Source: Selaginella moellendorffii
Taxonomy: Eukaryota; Plantae; Lycopodiophyta
Assembly: GCF_000143415.4 (NCBI RefSeq)
Contig: NW_003314360.1
Coordinates: 104,284-168,283 of the forward strand
Direction of reading: 5' to 3'
DNA: 64,000 bases
Under the pieces are notes generated by a model, which saw only the letters and a list, made by a program, of their open reading frames with translations, made no database searches and had not been told where the DNA came from. The translations under genes and the position numbers were made by a program. Shown in pieces: positions 36,501 to 47,089 of the stretch. Each line of letters opens with the position of its first letter. Within the stretch, counting starts at the first letter, position 1.

Positions 36501-38294
36501 AAAACTTTCATGGTAAACACGGACTGCAACTCGGGGATGTCAGGCGCTCTGATAGACAAAACTGGGGTGCTGCTCAGTGACTTTGTAGCAGGCCAATGCA
36601 AGTTTGTCTTCGATTATGCGAACAAAAGACCCTCACGTATGTTGGGAACTGAAACTTATCTTGCTGTGGTGGCATCATATATTGATATCTTTTTGCACCC
36701 GTACTTGAGCTTTGGAGAGCGAGTGAGAGCTGCATCAATGGTGTCCTTCTTCTTTCGTTTATGGAGGTTGTGGATTCTAAAGGAAAGCAAGTGGAACCTG
36801 AAACACAACTTCATCAGCAAGGAAACCTTCTTGGACATTCAATTATCATGTCACTTTGTCGTCCTTCTAATCAGGTATGTTTCATATATATTTTTCTTTT
36901 GTTAATTTTGCTTTTGAGATAGATATTTCTGGGATCACCATTCACATTTGCCAGCCCCAATTAATAGAACCGGTTCTGACATTTGCAAGAACTTTTTCTC
37001 CAAAATAGGAGGAATGATTGGCAATGAACAGTGTTATGATGGAGCTGACATTGTTCATAGTGCGACTAGTATGAACATGCTAGCAGAATGCGAGGCAGCA
37101 GGTACATTGCTTTTCTTTAAAGCTCACAGGAAACAGGAAAATATTTGGGAAAAGATAGAGCATGATGGGAAGAGAGTAGTAGCAGACTTAGGGGATTATA
37201 GTTCGGTGGAGACAGATGCTCTAATAGTTAATGAGTTGATTCAGGGTAAAGCCAAAGCACAAGAACTTCTTCATGGCCTTGGCATATTTGGAAGAGATTG
37301 GTGGGATAAACTTGAAGATTTTGAGGATTTTCACAAGGTTTCAGAAAATTCCAAAGAGCATGATATAGTCGATAAATTTGAAGAGGAACATATAGTAGGA
37401 GAAGCAGCTACTGAAGAAGCTATTGAAGCAACAAGTGAACTGAGGCATACTTTTGATGTTGTGCTGGATTATATTGAAGATTCTGAGTCATTAAAAGTGG
37501 AAGCAACAGTTTTGGTTGACAGGAAGAAAATCTGCAAGGTGACCATCGTTTCTCAGCTAAATGGAAATCCATTTCTCTCCAAAGACCGGCTCACACGGGT
37601 GAAGAATAACTTGACAGTTTATGAACCAGGAAGAAATCTCAATACACAAACAGCTCTTGGCGTTGGGAGTGACTGTGCATTGTGGTTTGAAGAATAGGAA
37701 GGAAGTCATTTGAAGTTTGTTTGGTATGTTGGTCGAATTATTTCCATGAGGAAAAAAGTGAACAATACCTGGAGGGACACAAGGGAAGTGATTGAATTAA
37801 CCAATCTTCCAATTGATTCTACTGATTTTCAAATGAACCTATGCTACTATAGGGAATGTGATGCTCCTGAAGCTAATGACAAAGGGAATTCATGCTATAC
37901 ATACAACCTTCCTGATAATATGCTAGTGGAACTGACAAGTTTGATTGCTTTGGCATCATTATCATATCATCCAGAAGTCGAGAGATATTCACTTCCACAA
38001 CATGATAGGGAAGTTTTTTATAATTTCATCAAAGATAAAAGCAGGAATATCAATTGTCATAGAAGGTGAAATAATTTTTTATATTAATGGAAATATATAT
38101 ATGCTTTATGCAAAAATAACCAGAATATTCCACGTATATATAAGAATTGGGGGTTTATTTAAGATTTGAAAAAATGCATATATATAAGGGTATGGGGCAA
38201 ATTATGAACAACAAAAAAAGTATACTAGGCCCCTTATTCTTAGCTTCCAGAACACAGATGATATATAAGGCTTATAAAGAGTGACCACCCCGAG
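33587..38294 (+). mobile_element. P-element-superfamily-like DNA transposon with imperfect TIRs of about 43 bp and 8-bp TSD GGGAGAAG
   Basis: Left end CTTGGGGTGGTCACTCTTATATAA..CATCTGTGT; right end ACACAGATG..TAAAGAGTGACCACCCCGAG. TSD at 33579-33586 and 38295-38302. Removing the element restores host W-E-K-P-K-G. Confidence 0.85.
33799..38069 (+). pseudogene. Intron-containing P-like transposase (two C2H2-like Zn fingers plus RNase H core), decayed
   Basis: Zn-finger-like CQECG..HYSGARH and CKHCE..HISGNKH. Core motifs IAEDKT (D-E-T like), GHSSDGD, QDYVHNGKK (DxxH), SDRQN, FFRLWRLWI..NFIS and GSDICKNFFS (E to K). Frameshifts and stops present. Confidence 0.7.
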
Positions 38295-39119
38295 GGGAGA
38301 AGCCAAAGGGTCTTTTGCAACCTTTATCTATTCCTCAGAGTCGTTGTGTAATATCTCTATGGACTTTATCACTTATTTGCCATGAACACAAAGGCAAAAG
38401 GAGCAAATATGGGTCATAGTGGATCGGTTAATGAAGTATGTGCAATTGTTGGCTCTTCAGAAAACTGTTACTACTTCAGACTTGGCTGTGGTCTACTTGG
38501 AGAAGGTTTTTCCTGATTATGGTTTACCGGAGGATATTATTAGTGATCGAGATTCAAAGTTCACAAATGGATTTTGGAAGAGCTTTGCGAAGGATATACA
38601 AGTGATTTTGAAACTCTTGAGTGGAGATCATCCTCAGATGAATGAGCAAACAGAGCATGTGAATCAGGTGGTGGAAGATATGCTACATTGTAGCATTGGT
38701 CAAATGCAAGGACAGTGGGATCTATATCTTCTATTGATGCAATTTACTTACAACAATAGCCAACACTGTGGAACCAAACTAAGTCCTTACTATGCTATGT
38801 TTGGAAGGCATCCCCAAACAGCAGGAGTTGGGATTGCATTTGAGTAAGGATGTTCAAGATAAGCTTAATTCTGAGGTGACTGATCTAGCCACAGAACTTG
38901 ATGAGATTCTAGTAGTGTGCAAACGGAGCTCAAGATAGAGCAAAGAATTTTGCTAATGAGCATCACTAATTCTACGAATATAAGGTAGGTGTTCTCATCT
39001 TTGTGTGAGTGATCTTTCTGTCAAGTGAGCAGCGGAACACATTGGTGTCTTTATGGATAGGGAAGAGTTGTAAGCAAGTTGTCAAATATTCAACATGCTC
39101 CTCTAGTGTTTTGCTATAG

Positions 39120-42100
39120 ATTAGGATGTCATTCATATAGACAACCACAAAGTGATCTAGGAATGGGAGCCACCATCAAATGTACATGAGTTGAAGGTGT
39201 TCTTAGGGCTATGCAACTACTACCAAAAGTTTATCAAACACTATTCGAGAGTAACCCTACCCTTAATGGACCAAACGGAAAAAGGGAAGATGGTATGGAT
39301 AGTGGAATTCGAGGTGCATTTGTCCACTTTAAAGGGAAGTTGAAGAAGACTCCTATGTTGGTATTACCAAACTTTGGTAAGGACTTTGAGGTAGAAATAC
39401 GCTTTAGACTTTGCGTTGGGCGCAGTTTTGAAGCAAAACAACCATCCAGTGGCATTCTTCTTGAAGAAGTTGGACAAGGCTCAACGAAAGTGGCCTGCCC
39501 ACGAGAAGGAATTATTCCCGGTGGTCAAGGTGCTCAAGGAGTGGCAACACTACCTTGGGAGGCACTTCAAAGTTTACACGGATAATGTGGCAACCAAACA
39601 CTTCTTGTCACAGCACGATCTAAGAGGAAAACAACGTCGGTGGGCCAATGCTTTAGCCGAGTTTGATAGCGAGATTCTGCATAAACCGAGGAAGAGTAAC
39701 ATCATGGCGGATGCTCTAAGTCGAAAGGTAAGCTTGAAGTTGGCGATATTTAGCACAACAACAACCTTTTGGGATGATGTGCGGACAGCATATGAGAATG
39801 ATAGTCTAGCACAAAAAGTGTTGCTAAGGAACTGATAGGTGCGGGATGCTCACTAGAGAAGTGAGCTGCCAATGGAAGAAAAAACAGGTTATGTAGAATG
39901 CAATGGACTCATCTATTATAAACAAATGAGGGTGTATGTTCCACAAGGGGAACTAAGGAAGGCAACTTTAGAAGAGTGTTATGATAGACCTCTTGTGAAA
40001 CACGGTGGAGTGCCCAAGATGATAGGTTTACTCAAGAGGAAGCATCACTGGCTAGAATAGCTAAGGACGTTCAAGACTATATAAAGACATGTCCAAAATG
40101 TCAGCAGGTTAAGGCCATGACTAAGGCTAGTGGGGGCTTGTTATAAAGCATTCCAATTCCAGATCTTTCGTGGAAATGTATTACAATGGACTTCATCACG
40201 AGACTCCCCCGAAGCAAAGGGTTTGATGCGATATTCGTGGTGGTGGACCGGTTTTTGAAGATGGCATATTTCATACCCACCACAACAAAAGGGGATGTAG
40301 AAGGTGTGGCGAAATTATTCTTTGAACAAGTGGTTTGATGCAACGTGTATGTACATTTCTCCAAGTCCCTTAGGGATCAAAACAACATTGAGAGCGCACT
40401 CTCGAAGAAACTAGTGAAACTATGAGCGCGAACGCCCGGCGCTGCTCTTGGGCCGTCCACCTCCCAGGTGACTCCACCGCGGAGCTTGAAGCCACTTGAA
40501 GCTTGATGCGATATTCGTGGTGGTGGACCGGTTTTTGAAGATGGCATATTTCATACCCACCACAACAAAAGTGGATGTAGAAGGTGTGGCGAAATTGTTC
40601 TTTGAACAAGTGGTTTGAGTGCGGAGAAGGCTAGAAGAGATTATCTCAGATCAAGATAAAATCTTCATCAGTAGGTTTTGGAGAACTCTCCTGGAACAGT
40701 ATCACACCAAGTTGAAATTCAATATAGCCTATCACCTATATATAGGTATTGGGTATTAAGTCAAGTTTGATAGCAATAACACTTCTTGACAGATGGACAA
40801 ATGAAAAAGGTGAATAAGTAGCTGGAAAATTATTTATGATACTATGTCTCTGGAGACTAGACTGATTGGGTAAGTCATTTAGGACTTGTGAAAATATGCT
40901 ATAACAACTCACCACATTCAAGTGTCGGGGTGAGTCCATGGGAAGTCATCAATGGGCAAGTTATTGAAGGTCCTATAGAACTTGGCGTGGCCGAGTATCA
41001 TGGAGAGTTACCTGCAGTGGAGGCATTCACGACAGAAAGACTCAACATTTGGAATCTAGTGAGGGATTCCTTGGAACAAGCTCAATAAAGGCAAACCAAG
41101 TATGCGAAACAGAAGTGCCGGGACGTAGAGTTCCAACCTAGGGAGAAAGTATGGCTAAACACCAAGAACTTAAGGCTATCAAGTGGGATCAACTGGAAGT
41201 TGACCCAAAGGTAAAAATGCATGTATTCCTGGAAATGAACTGATCTTGAATTCCTTGAGTAGGTTCGCAGGGCGAGGATCTGCTTTGTAAGGACTAAGTA
41301 AGACCTTTACCTAAGGTTATCCAAAGGGAAAAGGAATATGAAGTTGACGCCATCCTCAATGCGCGCAAGAGCAAGCAACAAGGACGTGAAGTGAGGGAGT
41401 TCCATGAAAAGTGGAAAGGATTTCCATACTGCGAAGCAAAATGGGAACCGGAGGAGAATCTAGCGAACACGCGAGAGTGGAGGAATTTTTGCAAGTTAAA
41501 ACTCTATATATTTATGCAAAGTTCAATTAAAGCATCAATTTGTGAAATTGAGCAAAAGCATTTGTTAGGACCCAAAGGCGAGTTGAAGGTAAGCTAATTA
41601 ACATGGGTTAACTAAGTCGACCAGGCATAAGGAACTAAACCCAACTCCTTGCGGGGATGTCAAATCTGTAGACGTATCCTATGAAGGTTGAGTTCAAGTC
41701 CCAAACCTCTAGTAAAGCAAAGTTGGGTTCAAGTCCCAATGCCATACTAGGGCGTGGTGAAGTGAGGGATATAGGGACACCTATATTCTGTTGGCTCTTG
41801 GCCGGGGATGTTAACTTAGGCACACTGCTAAATGGGGGGATGCCTCTAGAAACATGGTCAATAAGTCATAGGATTAAAAGAGATGTTCGATATGGGTATC
41901 GAACTTCTTCTATGGGTGGTGGAGTTGTAAGAAACTAACTCCTCGAAGTGTCGTAGGCTAAAGGATCCCCGAAGGCACGATTGAAATGACAAAGAGTTCA
42001 TCGGATGAGACCAAGTCTGAGATTGAGTCCAAGACTAACTCTGAGACCGAGTTTGAGACAGAGTCCGGGATTGAGTTCGAGGCCGACTTTGAGACCAAAT

Positions 42101-42870
42101 TCAAAACCGAGTCTAAGACTGAGTTTGAGACCGAGTCCAAGATCCAAGATTGGGTTAGAGACCAAATCCGAGATTGAGTCTGAGACTGAGTCCGAGGTCG
42201 GGTTCGAGATCAAGTCCGAATCAAGTTCGAGACTGAGTCCAAGGTCGGGTCCAAGATTGAGTTCAAGATCGCCCAAAGTGTGTGTCTCTTGGGGGGGGGG
42301 GGGCTGCAGGGGGTTCTAAAAGTATAGTAAGGATAGTGAGGTTGAAGGAACTCTTTAGTGGTGCTTCCAAACTGACTTGAGGTTGAGACTAAGGCTTAGG
42401 GGCCTTGGGTGGGAGTGAGCATGGACTTGGGTGGTGCCAGAGGGGCCACTCAAGGAAGTGCTCAAGAGCAGCTCCCACTCCCGAAAGGGAAATCGACTAC
42501 AGTGCTCTTGGCTCATGTGGAGTGGTGCCCCACTTGAGTACCTTGGTTCCATAATCAAGTTTTGTTGTACTAAGGGATGTTAGGAACTTAAAGGTTTGGT
42601 GTGCTTGGCTGCTTGTGCCTGCAGGGAGTGTAGCCAAACTTTAAGTTTAATCTAATTTGGGGAGGGGGATTGGGAGAGATTTGGGAATCTGTGGATGGAT
42701 GGCTAATGCTCTATTTCTCATGTGGTGAATAGCTGAAACTAAGTAGAGCCAAGTAGGAGTTGGTACAATAGGTGGGAACCTTGGCAATAAAATTTAACTA
42801 AGGCCAAGGCAGTGTTAATCAGATAAATGAGATAAGCTGACAAATTGGAAAGAAAAAATTTATAGCTTAC
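39120..42870 (+). mobile_element. 5'-truncated chromodomain-bearing Gypsy (RNase H, integrase, chromodomain) ending in a family-B-like LTR
   Basis: GAVLKQNNHPVAF..WPAHEKEL..ADALSR; MDFITRLP; EYEVDAILNARK..KWKGFPYCEAKWEPEENL. LTR spans about 41563-42870, ends AGCTTACA and holds a hexamer satellite at 41990-42270. Confidence 0.75.
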
Positions 42871-43418
42871 AAGAGTGACAAACTTTCCTATCAATATACT
42901 AGTCCATATAACGTGCTGGAATGCATTAGTAAAGCGGCTTATCAGATGCGACTGCCAACTAGAGTGAAAATTCATCCAATATTTTATGTAAGCTAGTTGA
43001 AAGATGTACTATCTCAAAGTGATGGGCTTAATGCCTCCTTGATGTATACAGTTGTGGATGATGGACTAGGAGCTTGAGTAAGGTTCCCCAAAAAAGGTGA
43101 TCACTGATACACCTCATCCTTGGGACAAAACCTTTGTTGCATTGGGTGATACTGGCAAATTGAGATGGCGGTGCTAGAAACTCTATATCGATATCATTTT
43201 ATTCACTCATTCATGTCAAGGGAGTAACAACCAGTCCTTTTTTCAGTTTAGACGAGAATAATTGACTGCCTTTTCTTTTCTGGATGTGATTTGACAACTA
43301 CCGGTTGTATTTTCTGTACACAATCAAAGTCAGTCCAAGCAGGAAACTTCTTGGGCATGATCACGTGAAACTTAGCAGTATAAATTGAAGAAAATATCTT
43401 GAAACCATCTCTAAAGAA

Positions 43419-44487
43419 ATGGCAAGTCTGTGTTTACAGAAGCTACCAGTGGTAGAACATCTCTTTGGTCTCACGAGTTTCAAGCTTCCGGAGATACCAT
43501 GCTCTCTATCTTTCCAAAGGCATCCCAAGTATATGTCAATAACCAAGGAATCAAACGAGTGGGCATTCAAATGCATGAGGAGGGATTTCAGTCCAGAGGA
43601 GAAGAAATGCATGGTCCAGTGGAAAGTTCCAATGTTTATGTGCCTCTCCATGCCTCACGCTCCGAAAGTGAACATGGTGGCGTCGGCCAAGTTTGCCTGG
43701 CTCACTGCCTTCCTGGACGATCCGTTTGATGACAACGAGGTTGCTGGGGGAGCTCTCGCGACATCATATCTCAACACTGTTCTTAGCCTCTGCTATGGAA
43801 CCACATCGCTCGCGGAAGTTCCGGAATCCGGACATTCTTGCCTATCGAATGTGCCACGACCTGATGAAGGATTTGAGGTCTCTGTTGATGTTCAAGCGCA
43901 CGGTTTCCACTGTTGAGGGCTGGGCGAGAAGCATCTCGAGTGACGACTTGATGCAGGACTATGAGCTCTACCGGAGGAAGATGATGATGAAGATGTCTAG
44001 TCCCTGGATTACATCAGGGCTCAGAACGCTATGCTTGATCATATGTGGATGGTGAACGACGTCTTCTCGTTTCTCAAGGAGTTTTACAAGAATAAGTTTA
44101 CAATCTTCCGGCGGTGCTGCTGCTCACCAATCCGAGCGTGCAGACGTTTCAGGACGCTGTGAACACTCGTGCGATGATCCAGGACAAGGAAGACGAATTC
44201 ATCTTTTACTGCGATATCCTTGCCATGAATGCGTCCCGGAATGGGAAGAAAGCTTTCCTGAAGTTCCTAGATGTTCTCTCCTGCGCAATCCCAGCGAATC
44301 TGGTGTTCCATTATGCGAGCAGCCGCTACCATGGCATGGATAACCCCCTACTGGGTGAAGGCACGTTTCGTGGGACTTGGATTCTGGATCCAAAGCACAC
44401 CGTAATCGTGTCAGACCCGAAATGTGCAACGTGGTGGCAAGTTCAAACAAACTCAACCAGATCCAAAATTTATCAAACTTGATATGA
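43419..44487 (+). pseudogene. MTPSL: Microbial-type terpene synthase-like (MTPSL) pseudogene
   Basis: Paralog of 61029-62147 in inverted orientation. DDPFDD and NDVFSF are present; frameshift near 43826 and several deletions. Confidence 0.9.
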
Positions 44488-45404
44488 AAATCGATGTACT
44501 TCCAGCTATTTTTCTCTTAGTAGCGTGGCCTTTACTTTGTAAACTAGCTACGTAGGAAGTGAAAATCAATGAAAAATGCATGGCTATTTGGCATTCTTGC
44601 AAACTACTACAGCCATGATTTTTTTACGCAATTCAGATGATCACCTAGCACTTTGTCATATACATAGTTCGCCCAGCTGAGCCATTCCTCACGTGGTGCA
44701 CATATAGAAGTCAGCAGTATTCTATGCTCAGTCTTATTTCATCCAGAGCTTAGAAGACTAGAAGCTTAGAATCCTAGGTCTTCCAAGAAACCTCCAACGC
44801 TTGCTTTTTCCTGGAAGATAATACCAGGAAAATTCTGCAAAATGCTATCTGTGATAATTGTGGGCCTTGGAATTTACTCTAGGGACTTATTTCCAATTTA
44901 ATAAAAAAAGTTGACGCAGTTACATGCGGTCTTTGAGACTTGTTTGAGATAGGTTGTTCAGAATTCTAGTCAGCCACAACTTTGACGAGTGCCACACTTG
45001 AATTGACTACACAACAATCTTTCAAGTCATTATAAATGGACTCATTAGACTCCCAAAGAAAAATCTGTTGTTTCAGTAGGTCTTAAATAGGCTTTAAAAG
45101 ATCTTAAACAAAGTTTAAATCTTTTCGCAAACTTCTATATATTTTTATGACTAACAATATAAAAATTTAATTTATATACAACCAGAGAGAAAACACCACT
45201 ACTGTTGTTGACTCCTAAAAGCTATATACTAATACTAAATTTAATTTTTATATTGTTAATCATAAAAATATATGAATCAAAGATCACGTCTTGGCTTGCA
45301 GTAGATTGCCAGTAGGATAGTAGTTTCAAGCAAAGGACGCCCACAAGTGCTTGGAGTGTAGAAAGTTAAAGATTGGTGTATCATCTCCAGGAATGCAAGG
45401 CCAA

Positions 45405-45693
45405 GATGCTTTATTTTGTTAAAGTGGAACTTATTCAGTAAAGTGGGACATTAATTAGCATATGTCCACATGCCATTTCCTAGTACTTAATTAATATTTA
45501 TTAATATTTCTATCAGTTTTTTAATTTATTTTATATATTTCACAATATTATAACACAAAATCATATGAAAAGTTTTTAATTTATAAATTATAAAGCTAAA
45601 ACTTCAATTTTTTATTGTTGTTATAAAAATGGCATGTGGCCACACACCATAAGTGGGATAATGAAAAGTTCCACTTTAACAAAATAAAGCATC
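45405..45693 (-). mobile_element. 289-bp MITE related to the 13.2-kb TIR element
   Basis: Perfect 28-bp TIR GATGCTTTATTTTGTTAAAGTGGAACTT. Subterminal TTATTCAGTAAAGTGGGAC and AAGTGGGATAATGA match the two ends of 12821-26006. Two copies of the 22-bp palindrome. Confidence 0.9.
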
Positions 45694-46078
45694 AAAGAGA
45701 TGTAGCAACATATAGTGAAAGCAGCTAGGGAGCTTGGAATCATGGGATGTCACTCAGTGATTTCCTGAGGCCAGAGGGCCTAACACAGGATTAGCTTGGC
45801 AAAGGATTGCTTGTTGGGGACAAATAGGATGGGATATAGTGGGCAAAAGAAATGACACTCCCTCCTTGGCAATGCAAAATGTTTAATGACTAACTCTAAA
45901 TTAATAATGTTAAGTTTTAACTAGTAGATGTTGTTAATGGATATGTTAATGACTATAATTTTATAATTAGGCAGTGCTATAATTTATAAGTTTATAATGG
46001 TTTATGTTTTTCCTCATTGTGTTTTATGTTTGTGCTCCTTATATTTTCTTTTCAATTTTATTCATTCTCTCTAGTATT

Positions 46079-46990
46079 ATGGCTAGATTGGAATATGTAA
46101 ATCATGCTCAAGATAGTATTATTTCTTTTTCTGATCTTATTGAGAGAACTAATAGTAAAGTAAATTCTTTTACTTTTTTTATTATGGTCTGCTTCCAAAA
46201 GAGAGAGAATATGAAAGATGTCATCGACCAATGAAATATCAATATGACAATCTGGGTTGTAAAGATGGTTTAAAATAGAATTGTAAAAATTGCAATACCA
46301 CAAAATCTCTTAGAACTAATACTTGGTTTACAAATAGTAATTTCATATTTTCTCAAATGTTTGTTGGTGCATTAAAATGCCACAATATCAAGTTCATATT
46401 AAGTGTAATATTAAAAGTGAGTACACAATAACAAATTGATACAAATTTTGTCATGATATTTGTGTTTTCGCATTATAATGAGGTAGTCAAAAGATTGGTG
46501 GTCTAGGAAGAATTATGGAAATTGATGAAAGTGAGTTTGGTAAGCAGAAATATAATTATGGTAAAAGATTAGTGTGTCTTTAGAAGAATTGAACATGATT
46601 TAAATTAAATGTTTATGGTTCTGGTGGCTGATCATATTGCACAAACTTTAGTTGATATATTATATACATAACTAATAATTATAATTATTTTTTTAGAAAC
46701 AATCATATATAGTGATTGTTGGGCTGGTTATGATTTAGAATGGTTGAATTAGTTGAACTTCATTCATTATACTGTCAATCACTCCCAGAATTTTGTTGAT
46801 CCTGTGATTGGAGTTCATATCAATCGTATTGAATCACCATGAAATGCAATGAAAAAATCCCTTCCTCGCTATGGTACAACAAAAAGATTATACAGCTCTT
46901 ACTTTTAAGAATATATTTGGTAAAAATTATATATTAAAAGAAAGGAAACTGCATTTAATATTCTATATATTCACACAATTAGGATAATGC
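46079..46990 (+). pseudogene. Merlin/IS1016 (ISXO2-like) transposase relic, very AT-rich
   Basis: Manual translation gives DGLK*NCKNCNTTKSLRTNTWF, IGGLGRIMEIDESEFGKQKYNYGKR, TIIYSDCWAGYD and HYTVNHSQNFVDPVIGVHINRIESP*NAMK. Confidence 0.85.
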
Positions 46991-47089
46991 TGTTATTGTA
47001 CTTTTAAATACATAAAAATAATTGAAAAATAATATACTTGAACAATCTTTAATTTAAAATAATGAGGTTATATAGGTGGTATGTAAATC

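Larger units (their letters stand above)
8991..43130 (+). mobile_element. Decayed Ty3/Gypsy host element split by multiple nested insertions (probably a composite of two copies)
   Basis: LTR about 8991-9221, then PBS TGGTATCAGAG; gag with CYHCSKLGHYKSDC knuckle (about 10150-10200); protease after 11560; RT at 12136-12820 and again at 26138-26986; RNase H 27270-27709; integrase Zn region 33413-33586; integrase core 38303-39060; GPY/F-like tail about 42875-43010. The host frame rejoins across TSDs (AEA|LSR, WEK|PKG). Confidence 0.75.
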
